Shown here: in pieces, positions 1 through 10,848 of the stretch | Numbering within the stretch: the stretch's first letter is position 1 | How the letters are laid out: every line of letters starts with the position of its first letter | Assembly: GCA_937625935.1 (NCBI GenBank) | Contig: OW569357.1 | Coordinates: 372,001-436,000 of the forward strand | Direction of reading: 5' to 3' | DNA: 64,000 nucleotides | From: Tetramitus jugosus | Lineage: Eukaryota > Protista > Heterolobosea | Notes under the pieces: generated by a model | What the model was told of the DNA's origin: nothing | What the model saw: the letters and a program-made list of their open reading frames with translations, nothing else | The model's database searches: none | Translations under genes and position numbers: made by a program

Positions 1-3000
1 GTGGTCAAAGTGTTGAACAAGGAGGCATTCCCTGCTGATTTAATCATTTTGTCGAGCAGTGAAAATTTTGGAATTTGCTATGTGGAGACATCTAGTTTGG
101 ACGGGTATGTGATTCACTCAATGAGCACACATATTTTGTGAATCATTATATTTTTGTTTGTTTTTCAATGTCGATCGTCATTGATGATTCATAGCTAACA
201 CACATGTCGACAACAACAATAGTGAAACCAATTTAAAGATTCGAAGAGCGAGACCAGAGACTCTGCACATTGCATCAGAGGTCGAAGCTTCTCAAATGCA
301 AGCGACAATCAAGTGCGAACAACCCAATAATCGTCTTTACAATTTTGAGGGAACCATTCATATGAATGGTGATATCCGTGCGTCATTAGACCCAGAAAAT
401 GTGCTGTTGAGAGGATCTTCTCTGAGAAATACAGAGTGGGTGATTGGTGTCGTTGTTTTTGCTGGTCATGACTCGAAATTGATGATGAACACAAAGTATG
501 TTTGCTTTTTTGTTGCTGTACATGTTTCAATGTTGTACTTGTTGAATTGATGTTAACCATGAACGATGATCGTGTTCCTTTTCTGTGTTCATTCTTGCTT
601 TAGCAAAACACCTCACAAGACGACCCGTGTTGAAAAGTTGACCAATCAATTGATTTTATTTATTTTAGCTCTGGAGGTTGTTTTGTGTCTCATTTGTTCC
701 GTTGGATTGATGATTTGGTCGAGAAAACACGCTCAATACAATTGGTATCTCCAACTGTTTGAAGATAAGCCTAATGCCGGCAGTGTCTTGTACATTGGAT
801 TCAAGGGATTTTGGACCTTTTTGATTTTGTTCAATAATTTGATCCCCATCTCCCTGTACGTGTCTATTGAAGTTGCCAAGTTTGCTCAGGGTAACATTAT
901 GAGTCAGGATTTGAAGATGTATCATCATGAGTCAGACACGCCTGCTCTCGTTCGAACATCTGCTCTGAATGAAGAATTGGGACAGATTGAGTACATTTTC
1001 TCTGATAAGACTGGTACTTTGACCTGTAACAAGATGGAGCTGTTGAAATTTGCTGTAGATGGAGTCGCATACGGTACTGGTGTCACAGAGATTGCCCGAG
1101 CTGTCGCTAAGAATGAAGGTCGTAGAATTATTGATGACAGACCAAGAGGATGGAAGCCTGTTGATGGATTCCAATTCCATGACGATCGAATCAATAATTT
1201 GAATTGGACAAGACAACGTAGCGCGCAATCCATTAGTGATTTCCTTGTCCTGTTAGCTGTTTGCCACACTGTCATTCCTGAGAGAAACCCAAAGAATCCT
1301 CGTGATGTCGTCTATCAGGCCAGTAGTCCTGATGAAGCTGCTCTTGTCAAGGCTGCAAAACATCTTGACGTAGAGTTTATTTCTCGTACTGCTAGCGAGG
1401 TTACCATCCGTGTTGTCGACCGAGAGGAGACCTGGACCATTCTCAATGTTTTAGAGTTTACGAGCTCCAGAAAGAGACAGTCATGTATTTGCAGAGATCC
1501 TGAAGGAAAATTGGTTTTGTTGACCAAGGGTGCTGATAATGTTATTTTCCCACTCTTGAGACCAGATCAAGATCACATTGATCAATCAGATAAGCTATTG
1601 GAAGAGTTTGCTCGTGATGGTTTGAGAACATTGGTTTGTGCTAGAGTAGTGCTCGATGAGGATGAATATACCAGATGGGACAAGGGTTTCCAAGAAGCCA
1701 AATGCTCCTTTGTCAATAGAACTGAGAACATTGAGAAATCTTGTGCTGAGATTGAAAAGGATTTGGATCTGGTTGGTATTACCGCCATTGAAGATAAGTT
1801 GCAAGACGGTGTTCCTGCTGCGATCGAAGAATTGAAGCGAGCCGGTATCAAGATTTGGGTTTTGACCGGTGATAAGCAAGAAACTGCTATTAATATTGGT
1901 TTTGCCTGTAATCTGTTGAATCAACAAATGGCACGTATTATTATTGAGGGAGAGACTGTTGAAGAGGTGCGCAACTGTATCGCTACAAATCTTCATGATA
2001 CATTGGCTGCTGTGAGAAACTCCACTGGACCTGTGAACGTTGGTATGATTATCGATGGACACAGATTGCATATGGTGTATGACAATCCACTGTTGAAGAG
2101 TCAATTCTTAGAACTTGGACAAATGTGTAGAGCAGTTGTGTGCTGTCGTGTGTCTCCAAAGCAGAAGGCAGATGTGGTCAATCTAGTGAGACATGATGGA
2201 AAGGTGACACTAGCTATTGGTGACGGTGCGAATGATGTTAGTATGATTCAAGCTGCTCATGTCGGAGTGGGAATCAGTGGTGAGGAAGGTTTGCAGGCAG
2301 CAAATTCTTCAGATTACAGCATTGCACAGTTTCGATTCTTGAAGCGTCTATTGCTTGTTCATGGTAGATGGTCATACAGAAGAATTTCGAAACTGGTTCT
2401 CTATTCATTCTACAAGAACATTGTCCTTTATTTGACTCAATTCTGGTTCGTTATTTATAATGGTTTCTCTGGCACGAGTATTCATGACAAGTGGACTGTT
2501 GCTGCCTTTAATGTGATTTTTACTGCCTTCCCAATTATGGTTCTTGCCGTGTATGATAGAGATATTTCTGATGATATTGTTGAGGAGTTCCCTGAATTGT
2601 ATAAGCAAGGTCATGGTGAAGTTTTCTTCAACACATGGAACTTCTTTGGTTGGGTAGCAAATTCGATATATCATTCCGCTGTCTGTTTCTTCATCCCTAT
2701 CTACTGTCTCTCTGGCATAGCATTCAGCAATGGTCAAGATATTGACTTGCTATCATATGGTATCTGTATCTACACCTGCGTTGTGACAACAGTAACATTC
2801 AAGTGTGTTCTCGAGATGAGTTCATACACGTGGTTGCACCATGCTTCAGTGTATGGCAGTCTCCTCGTATGGTTCTTGTTTGTCTTGGTGTACGGAGTCG
2901 TGTACTTTGTGTTCCCGGTGTTCATTTTCCCATTCACTGAAACATATGAGTTTTTGCAAGAGTTCAGAATATTCAGCAGCGGGGCATTTTGGTTTGCTGT

Positions 3001-3370
3001 CTTTCTAACAACGACGATTGCTCTCCTTAGAGATCTATTCTGGAAGTGTTGGATTAGAAATACTGGTAGAAACTTGTATTACAAGGTTCAATCCGATGCC
3101 AAGAAGAAGCCAAGAGAAGACATCATGAAGTACTTCCCACTTGAAGAGGGCTTGCCACTGAGAGCCAAGGGAGTTACTGAGCTGGTTGATGTCAGAAAGT
3201 TCTTCTCCATCGTATCCAAAGTCAAGCATAGAGGTTTCGCCTTCTCTGCTGGTGATCATGATGGAGCTTGGTTGGATGTCAAGCTAGGTAAGAAGAACTC
3301 TGAAGGTGTTCCTGCTCCTGCACCTGCCACCTCATTCGGAGGTCGATTGAGAGGCAAGTTCGGATTTTAA
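1..3370 (+). CDS. P4-type ATPase (phospholipid flippase, DRS2/ATP8A-like), 5' end outside window; exons 1-104, 223-495, 604-3370
   Basis: Motifs LDG|ETNLK (split by GT-AG intron 105-222), [28 protein letters not shown] (phosphorylated Asp), [30 protein letters not shown] and C-terminal GFAFS; second intron 496-603 restores the frame. Confidence 0.96.
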
Positions 3371-3437
3371 ATTTGTGTACTTGCTCAATCAACGTTATGA
3401 TAAAATACAATTAAGGATTTTTATGGTGTGCGTTATA

Positions 3438-4715
3438 TTACAACAACATAGCACAATACTCGCATCCAACAAGATTGAAGTTATTCTGCTTCACTTGTCT
3501 GTACGCTGCGACGTCCTCGAGCCAGTGCTTCTTCTGATGATCAAAGAACTTGTCTCGCAACATGTCCAGGTTCTCACTCACAAATTGTTCATTGTTCACT
3601 TGATTGTCACCTGCAAAGAACACTCCCTTGCACGAAGGAATCATGACACAAATATTCTGGGCAGCCTTCATCAAGTAGCCATAGTGAACCTCAAGCGCCA
3701 TTCTTGCGTATCGATTCTCCTTGTACTGTGGTGCAATATCACCAGCATCCATCTCATCATTTGTTGGCTGATTGTCATACGCGAGTTCAAAGTTGTAGCA
3801 GTACTTTAGACCGCGACCACTGCAAATATCCTCGTATTCAATACCGTGCTTGCTGTTCCACACTTGTTCGCTAATATACTCAAATCTCTGGACTGACTTC
3901 TTGTGATCCTCACGAGCTGCTCCCTCCATTCCAATCAAGGCATGACCAGCCTCTAGTGCCAGAGGTGAGAAGCTCAGTGTTCCATCCTTGTGTTTATGAC
4001 AAAGAATGAGACCACAACCGAGACCAGTACCCATCGCCAACACAGCATACGATTTCTGCTCCAAGTGCAGCGAATCAGCTGCTCTTTCATTATTGAACGG
4101 TTCGAACGCATTCGTAAAATAATTGTTGAGCTCACCATTCTCTCCAGCAGCAATAATTCCGTAGCAACAAGCTTCCAAGTCATTCAAGAAGCGAGTCTTT
4201 GCAAATGGGAACAATTCACTTGGCAAATCTTGCTTATTGAGCACCTGAGAGCTCTCAACATAGTTGGTCAGAACAACACGATCCTTGTCGATTGGGCCAG
4301 CAAGAGCCAACGCAGCAGCACTTGCACGTTGACCAGCAAACACGTTCATGACTTCAGAGCTAACAAATTGCAACACATCCAAAAGTTGCGATACACTAGA
4401 GCACTTGAATTTCTCCATCTCAAATCTCTCAATTTGTCCGCTGTTTTCCAACTTTGTTACAATGACAACTCGGGTATTCGTGGCGCCAATGTCAACTCCG
4501 ACATAATACGTAAAAGAAGGAGCGGGATAACGATTGACAAACTTCTCGAGGTCCAAGAAGAAGGGAGAAAAGTCACTACCGACTCTGTCTCGTGCAGCAT
4601 CGAATCGTTTCTGACTCTCCAAATGTTTTTCAGAGTCAATGGAATTGGCTGCTTTGGAAGCACGGTTGATCAATAGAGCACCAGCCGTCAATAGAATTGT
4701 ACTAATGAATACCAT
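3438..4715 (-). CDS. Glucokinase (bacterial/group A Glk type) with hydrophobic N-terminus
   Basis: VGVDIGATNTR phosphate-1 motif, ALAGPI, LTN, FLNDLEA, GTGLG, LEAGH and EDICSGRGL motifs of the Glk family. Confidence 0.88.
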   Translation of the reverse strand: MVFISTILLTAGALLINRASKAANSIDSEKHLESQKRFDAARDRVGSDFSPFFLDLEKFVNRYPAPSFTYYVGVDIGATNTRVVIVTKLENSGQIERFEMEKFKCSSVSQLLDVLQFVSSEVMNVFAGQRASAAALALAGPIDKDRVVLTNYVESSQVLNKQDLPSELFPFAKTRFLNDLEACCYGIIAAGENGELNNYFTNAFEPFNNERAADSLHLEQKSYAVLAMGTGLGCGLILCHKHKDGTLSFSPLALEAGHALIGMEGAAREDHKKSVQRFEYISEQVWNSKHGIEYEDICSGRGLKYCYNFELAYDNQPTNDEMDAGDIAPQYKENRYARMALEVHYGYLMKAAQNICVMIPSCKGVFFAGDNQVNNEQFVSENLDMLRDKFFDHQKKHWLEDVAAYRQVKQNNFNLVGCEYCAMLL

Positions 4716-4883
4716 TGTTGTTGTGTAAAAAGAATCAGATTTTTTTTATGCAAAGTGTTTCAAGATCTCCCCAAGCCGAGACAAGAAATTTGTGTGGAAT
4801 TTCCCGAAATATGATCGCTCGATGACAACTGGGTTTCTCGCTCTACGAATATTTGCCAAATGTTGACTGGGTATTTATCTAGT

Positions 4884-6848
4884 TTAGCAAAGCCCTGCAT
4901 AGGACAACAGGAGAAAATCGGAAACAAAGAGTGGAATGATTGGTTGGAACCATAGGTTGGCCTTCTTGAACTTGTCACACATGTCACGACGGAAAGCGGC
5001 CGCTGATTCAAAATTCCAACCACCTGTTAAATTGTTAATGACACACAGGGAGTCATGCTTGGTCGATCTCATTGATTTCAATGTGTGAACTGTATCGAAT
5101 GGAGATCTTTTGAGGCAGGAGAGCTTCAGTGCTTGGGACAGCAAGCTAACAAGAGCAAATGACTTTTCAGGTTTCACCTTGTTCAGGTTAACAAAATCGA
5201 CCAGGGATACGCACTGAACTTCATTCCCAATCTTTTGCATCAAATTATTCCTAAAGGTGTCAATACCGGAGTGATTTTCGCAATCAGAGAGCAGCACAAG
5301 AGGTTTAATCTGATATCGCTCCAACATTAAATGGATCCACTTTTGCATCTCATGAATAATAGAATCGTCCTTAGCGTTAGCCACAGTGATTAGATAGAGC
5401 GCAGCATCCGTAAAATCATGATAATTCTGTGCCAAATAAGCATCATCAAATTGAGTGTTGAGAATATTGCTGTGCTGGTTTCTCAATTGTTCCATCTTCT
5501 TTGGGTCGGTCATGTTATATCGGTCTGGTACCTTACCTTCCAACAACATTGCTCGAATCTCATCATCGACTTCTCCCTCGGCGTCGCCCTTATTGTCAAT
5601 AATAACCATGGATCGACCAAAACCCAATTCGATCGAAACGTGTTGAGGACCCAGTGTCACATGATCATTTGTTCCTCTAATTCCTAACAGAGGAGTCACA
5701 CCCGTGACAGCAGCAGCCGAAAGGACAGCGCAGCTCGTTTTCCTAGCTTTATTCCACCCAAATATCTGAATGCGCTTCCGTAGTCTATTGTTACATTGGT
5801 GAGCCGCTAAAATATCGCCCTTAAAGGACTGTGGTGGGAAGCTGAACTGATTGTACAACAAGACATCGTACTGCAAGTGAACTTCTCCTGTGCTTGTTGC
5901 CTCTAGTATCTCAATTGTAAAATTAGAGGGAAAATTCTTTGCATAGTTGCAATCAAATGTCAAACACTTTTGTTGCACGAGCGACGTTGTCACTGTAATG
6001 TGCTTCTTTGGTTGAATATCTGTCGGTAGAGTGTACAGTATCTGATCGTTGAAATATCCAGCTTGTTTTATACGAACTTTGGATCCAGCAGGCAACAATT
6101 GAGTAAACCTCAAGTTCTCAATCTTCATTTCCAGTGGTATTACTAAATCGGAGAAGGAATGTCGATCACACAAGGTTCGCAACGATATCCTCCAATGTGC
6201 ATTGCTGTTTTCCTCCAAAGTAGAGCTCTGCTTGGAAAGCAATGACGACGAGCCATTCTTCAATAAATTGATCTTGTCTTGAGGAGAGCTTCCTTCCATC
6301 GTCATGGGCAATGATGATGATGACTGTTTCTCATCGTTAAAAAACAACAAATCAAGTGCTTGACACTTTGGAGTACATTCCATTTCGAACCACTTTGCTA
6401 CCAATCCCCTCTGATCCACAACAAATATCAACCAGAGTAGAGACAGTGATACGACAACACGAATAAATTTGTGCATCGCTAATCGATGCGTCGAATGACC
6501 ATTACTCACCTGACTATCATTGGTGATATTATTATTATTATTATTATTCTTGTCAGAATTTGACGTCATTGGTGATCCGGCTTGATCATCCTTATTGACT
6601 TTGTCCTCTGCATCCCCAGACACGTTATTATGTACAAACAATAATGAAATGGGCCATTGAATGATATAAATCATCGTGTCAACCACTAGTGACACAGTGT
6701 TGTAAATGCGTTGAATGCTCTGTGTAATCATGTTCCATAGAATGGGCAAGATGAGATAATAGAGCAACGGAAGACCCAGTGCAGCACCTAAAGCGTACTT
6801 GAAAATATCCGGCTGGGTCATACCGTACGCACTACTCGAATCCTTCAT
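4884..6848 (-). CDS. Membrane protein with C-terminal IFI44-like, degenerate P-loop domain
   Basis: Long ORF; first ATG at 6848 (the ORF-track start at 6920 is TTG); N-terminal hydrophobic segments; RIQIFGWNKARKT...IIDNKG...LLEGKVPDRYNM...ALYLIT...KPLVLLS recalls the IFI44 GTPase-like domain. Confidence 0.55.
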   Translation of the reverse strand: MKDSSSAYGMTQPDIFKYALGAALGLPLLYYLILPILWNMITQSIQRIYNTVSLVVDTMIYIIQWPISLLFVHNNVSGDAEDKVNKDDQAGSPMTSNSDKNNNNNNNITNDSQVSNGHSTHRLAMHKFIRVVVSLSLLWLIFVVDQRGLVAKWFEMECTPKCQALDLLFFNDEKQSSSSLPMTMEGSSPQDKINLLKNGSSSLLSKQSSTLEENSNAHWRISLRTLCDRHSFSDLVIPLEMKIENLRFTQLLPAGSKVRIKQAGYFNDQILYTLPTDIQPKKHITVTTSLVQQKCLTFDCNYAKNFPSNFTIEILEATSTGEVHLQYDVLLYNQFSFPPQSFKGDILAAHQCNNRLRKRIQIFGWNKARKTSCAVLSAAAVTGVTPLLGIRGTNDHVTLGPQHVSIELGFGRSMVIIDNKGDAEGEVDDEIRAMLLEGKVPDRYNMTDPKKMEQLRNQHSNILNTQFDDAYLAQNYHDFTDAALYLITVANAKDDSIIHEMQKWIHLMLERYQIKPLVLLSDCENHSGIDTFRNNLMQKIGNEVQCVSLVDFVNLNKVKPEKSFALVSLLSQALKLSCLKRSPFDTVHTLKSMRSTKHDSLCVINNLTGGWNFESAAAFRRDMCDKFKKANLWFQPIIPLFVSDFLLLSYAGLC

Positions 6849-6936
6849 ATTTTCCCCACTGTTGTTTTTGCTTTTTAGTTCTTTTTCGGAAATGGCGCGA
6901 AAAATCGGAGAAAAAAGCAAGGTTTTGGTGGGAACA

Positions 6937-8709
6937 ATGACAACGATCAGATCAACACCTTCTGTTTTTCAATCAGCTTCCAAGGGTTTCTCTTACCTGC
7001 TGTCATTCCAGTTGCTATCAAAGCTATTCACTTTTGGTGCCAATGCATATTTGATTCGAAATTTGGATTTTGAGACAAAAGGTCTCGTTTTCACATTGGA
7101 GCTCTTTGTGATGAGTATCTTATATTTGGCACGTGAACCGTTCAGGAGAGCATGCCTTCGTGTATCCTTGCACTACACGAGTGTTGAAGATGACAGTAAC
7201 GATCATCAGACTTTGGATCAAAAAGCAAAGGATCAATCATTGGATGAATATCACTTGAATTTGCGTCAAATTGTGCAGATTGCGTGGCTCTCTGTTCCTT
7301 ATGGTGTGATTGTGTGCATTGGTGGTTTCTACTTTTTTGACTGGTTGTTTGTTACGACGACACAAAAAGACACGGATCGACATGACGCAGCACGGTTCAA
7401 TGCCTATTATCAATCCTTGTGGTTGCATGTCATCTCATGTGGTCTCGGATTGATTACCGAACCGTTTTATATTGTCGCTCAAAACCTGTTGTTGTTCAGA
7501 GTTCGTTTCAAGATTGAAGGCATTGCATTGATGTTGAAAGTGTTTGTCCCTATGATTCTGATCATGGGTAATCTCTTGGGTAGTGGTGATAATAGCTCGA
7601 AAGCACTGTTGGCATTTGGTTATGGTCACATAGCTTATCAAGGATATATGGCTGTAGGTTATTTCCTGCATTTCTACCATCATGCAAAGGATTACAGGAT
7701 GAGACGTGGTATTCTTGAATTGATACCTGACTTTTCTGTTCCTTTCAATAGTACTCTTGTTTGGTTGACAACTGGTTTCTGGTTGCAAACGGTAGTCAAG
7801 TTCTTTTTGACGGAAGGTGAGAAGTACGTGATGATTCTATTCCAGACTTTGAGTGATCAGGGTGTGTACGACTTGGTGTCTCAATTGGGATCTCTTGCCG
7901 CACGGTTAGTGTTTCAACCAATTGAAGAGAACTCGTTCACTATTTGGAGCAAGGCGCTTAAATCTCACAATGGATCCAGTGCAAAAACAGTGGTTGATTC
8001 CGATGTTCGAAGTAGTGCTGAAATGCTCCAACTACTGGTCAAATTATTTATTATCATCGGTTGCTGCTTCGTGTTTTTCGGACCAAACTATTCCTACACT
8101 CTGTTGTATATGCTATATGGACAAAGATGGACCAGCGGCACCGAAGCGCCAAGAGTCTTGGCATTCTATTGCCTGTACGTTATGATGATGGCTCTAAACG
8201 GAACAACCGAAGGGTTTGTCCATGCGGCTTCAACACCTAAGCAAACTCAGTGGTTCAACCTTCTCATGGTGTTCTTCTCTATTGCTTACCTAGGATCTGC
8301 TGTGTTCTGTCTTACTGTTCTCAACCTGGGTACTCCATCACTCATTATTGCCAATTGTATCAATATGGCGCTAAGAGTTCTATTTTCCACATGGTTCATC
8401 ATTCGATTCTTCAAACACCTCAAGCCACAAGAACAAGAAGCAGTAAGTTCTGAAGAAGCAAAGTCCTCCTCTCCGGTGTTCGCAATCTCTCGTTGTATCC
8501 CTCACGTTCTCGTTTGGTCCATGTTCCTGCTGTCCTTTGTCATTACGCGCATCAGTGAAATGTACTTGGAAAAGCGAGGTTGGTCAATGAGAATCGCTCA
8601 CATACTCGTTGGTTGTGTTTGCCTATTGCTCACCGCTTTCATTATTCGACTCAAGGAACGTTCGTTCCTCGTCCAAGTCCGTAAGTTGCTTTCCGGCAAA
8701 TCGGACTGA
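6937..8709 (+). CDS. RFT1: RFT1, Man5GlcNAc2-PP-dolichol translocation protein
   Basis: REPFRRACLR, KFFLTEGEK, QGVYDLVSQLGSLAARLVFQPIEE and MALNGTTEGF motifs; many TM segments. Start is ATG 6937 (6892 also possible). Confidence 0.93.
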   Translation: MTTIRSTPSVFQSASKGFSYLLSFQLLSKLFTFGANAYLIRNLDFETKGLVFTLELFVMSILYLAREPFRRACLRVSLHYTSVEDDSNDHQTLDQKAKDQSLDEYHLNLRQIVQIAWLSVPYGVIVCIGGFYFFDWLFVTTTQKDTDRHDAARFNAYYQSLWLHVISCGLGLITEPFYIVAQNLLLFRVRFKIEGIALMLKVFVPMILIMGNLLGSGDNSSKALLAFGYGHIAYQGYMAVGYFLHFYHHAKDYRMRRGILELIPDFSVPFNSTLVWLTTGFWLQTVVKFFLTEGEKYVMILFQTLSDQGVYDLVSQLGSLAARLVFQPIEENSFTIWSKALKSHNGSSAKTVVDSDVRSSAEMLQLLVKLFIIIGCCFVFFGPNYSYTLLYMLYGQRWTSGTEAPRVLAFYCLYVMMMALNGTTEGFVHAASTPKQTQWFNLLMVFFSIAYLGSAVFCLTVLNLGTPSLIIANCINMALRVLFSTWFIIRFFKHLKPQEQEAVSSEEAKSSSPVFAISRCIPHVLVWSMFLLSFVITRISEMYLEKRGWSMRIAHILVGCVCLLLTAFIIRLKERSFLVQVRKLLSGKSD

Positions 8710-8762
8710 GCCAAAAAAAACTTGAGACGTCACGACAAAAAAGAAATCAACCAACATCGAGC

Positions 8763-9206
8763 ATGATTACCACGAAAATTCGGTCAAGATCAATACTACT
8801 ATTATTGCTTCTCATCATCACTCTATTTTGTCTTTGCTTACTACCGTCACTACAAGGTGCGACCACCACAGATGAAAGATGCAAACCATCGGGGACCTGT
8901 GTTCGATGCACTCCATCAGAGAAGAGCGGAGTATCTTGCATCGACAATGGATATCATCAACGAGTGGAGTGTTATCAATTGGTGTCTGGCGGTGTTGTTT
9001 CAAAAAATATGACGCGGCAATACTATCAGAGCTGTGAACCAGAGATTTTCTATACGGATCAATCGACACGAGTATTTGTCATTTTTGAAGTGTCGTTGCT
9101 CGTTGTGGTAGTCAGTGTAGGATTCTTCTTTTATAGAAGAAAGAGGCACTTGTTCAACGAAGCTCAACAGAGATATACCAGATTGACATCTGGTCGTCAA
9201 GACTGA
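8763..9206 (+). CDS. JTB (jumping translocation breakpoint)-like small type I membrane protein
   Basis: Signal peptide, Cys-rich ectodomain (C..CVRC..C..GY.....C..QSC), FxxFE preceding a TM helix, basic RRKRHL tail. Confidence 0.7.
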   Translation: MITTKIRSRSILLLLLLIITLFCLCLLPSLQGATTTDERCKPSGTCVRCTPSEKSGVSCIDNGYHQRVECYQLVSGGVVSKNMTRQYYQSCEPEIFYTDQSTRVFVIFEVSLLVVVVSVGFFFYRRKRHLFNEAQQRYTRLTSGRQD

Positions 9207-9329
9207 ATAAGCTCGCACTGAATTTCTGGTTAACAACAACAGAAACATCGGAAAATTTTTATTTGCCGCCTTCAATAACAAAAACCGAAAACACAAACAA
9301 CAGCCCACTTTTTTTTTGTTCATAGTATA

Positions 9330-10628
9330 ATGTTGTCACTGAATCTGCGGCATCAACTGGGCAGTCACAACGGTTCCACGCCCACCACTCCCAGCAGTCC
9401 ACAACGTCACTCCAACAACAACACTAGTAACAATCGAAATTCCAATAACAATAATGAAAGTATGAACCGTGAAAATCATGCCTTTCGTCGCATCATGCTC
9501 ATTCACATACCAACCAAATTCAGACTGTTTGATTTTGCTTTTCCTGATGCATGGCCATCGAATCATGGTAAAATTGACAATGGTATCACAGGTTTTGCAC
9601 TGTCATGTTTGCAGCTACAATATGAATTTTCAGGAACGTTTGGTTCAATGATGGGCTCCAACAGTAACAGTTCTTCTCAAAACTCGTACGTCGGAAAATT
9701 TGTTCTTCAGCCTCAATTTTCTCCGATTAGTGAGATGCTTGGTTTTGGCGGGAATGCCGATTACGATAGCGCTTCTCAGCAAACACCTACGAATTCATCA
9801 AGCACAACGTCAACCACAACCACACCTACGACAAGTGCACTGCTACACCATGAGAGATCCAAATCCTATGGCAACACAGGATTGAGTGTTGGTTTCGACC
9901 TTTCCTCTCTTCAATCTTCTCTCTCTGGCACCACAACAGCAGCAGCAACAACCACATCATCATCATCATCATCAGCTACAACAACAGCAACTACATCGAG
10001 CTCTTCCTCTACGACAAGCATGAATCGCAAGAGTATGAAGCATCAGAGCAGTGTAGGAGGTGGATTGGGCAATTTGAATGCATTGGCACATCAGAGACTG
10101 AGACAACAACAGCAGCAGCAACAACATCATTCTCAGCACTTTAGTAGTGGTAGCAATGGAGGTGGTGCAATAGACGACTCTGTTTCGCCTTCTCCACTGT
10201 TGAGTTCACCTACGAATGGCAATGGAGGTGCTGCTGCTTCTTCTTCGTCGTCTTCGTCGTCTTCTGTCATGTTCCCATCGTCGCAGTCATCTAATCTGCT
10301 GTATTTTATTTTGGCAACGGATCCAGTGTTTGAGAAATCAAAGTTGGTCTGTGCTCTGTTTTTGGATGGTGATGATGATTGGTTGCCTGATGCCAGAGAT
10401 TTTGCAAGGAGAATTGTAGGGCAGTTCACTGAGACACACAAGGATGCGATTGAAAAGTTGAAAAAAGTGAGTGAGGAGACTGAGGATGAAGAAGAGGAGG
10501 AACATTTGAAATTGTACTCGAGTTTTGCAAGTGTGATGCACACGAACAAGTTGGAAGTTTTGTCTGATAGGATGAAGAGAAGGAGCGTACAGAACATGAG
10601 TGTCGTAAGCGAGAGCAAACATGCCTAG
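9330..10628 (+). CDS. Hypothetical protein; possible longin-like domain split by a large Ser/Thr/Gln low-complexity insert
   Basis: 432-aa ATG ORF; ordered blocks (RRIMLIHIPTKFRLFDFAF, GITGFALSCLQL, LVCALFLD...ARDFARRIVGQF) flank low-complexity tracts. Confidence 0.65.
   Translation: MLSLNLRHQLGSHNGSTPTTPSSPQRHSNNNTSNNRNSNNNNESMNRENHAFRRIMLIHIPTKFRLFDFAFPDAWPSNHGKIDNGITGFALSCLQLQYEFSGTFGSMMGSNSNSSSQNSYVGKFVLQPQFSPISEMLGFGGNADYDSASQQTPTNSSSTTSTTTTPTTSALLHHERSKSYGNTGLSVGFDLSSLQSSLSGTTTAAATTTSSSSSSATTTATTSSSSSTTSMNRKSMKHQSSVGGGLGNLNALAHQRLRQQQQQQQHHSQHFSSGSNGGGAIDDSVSPSPLLSSPTNGNGGAAASSSSSSSSSVMFPSSQSSNLLYFILATDPVFEKSKLVCALFLDGDDDWLPDARDFARRIVGQFTETHKDAIEKLKKVSEETEDEEEEEHLKLYSSFASVMHTNKLEVLSDRMKRRSVQNMSVVSESKHA
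9930..10130 (+). repeat. Coding trinucleotide microsatellites (ACA/GCA/TCA/CAA) giving poly-T/A/S/Q
   Basis: Directly visible tandem triplets; similar tracts at about 14130-14340, 21860-21990 and 22515-22630. Confidence 0.8.
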
Positions 10629-10848
10629 AGTAAAGGGTAGTGGAGGAATTGCAACTGTGCTGTTCTTCTTGAAGGCTTTTAGAAACAAGGCTCATATTCT
10701 CACACTATCAGGTTTTGACACTCGAAACTCGAGCAAAAAAAGGACACACAACAGGTGAGACATTGTGCTTGAAGCTGGAATGCGGTGCCAACAAATAATA
10801 AACTAACTATTGAAGATCTCAAGGTGCTAGTCGCAATCTAAGAATTGC

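Noticed and set aside
3990-4676. 228-aa antisense ORF over glucokinase, and the many similar antisense ORFs in the track
   Set aside because: Shadow ORFs produced by codon bias of the real gene; no motifs.
6799-6920. Apparent head-to-head overlap of RFT1 and the IFI44-like gene
   Set aside because: Both ORF-track starts are TTG; with ATG starts the genes do not overlap.
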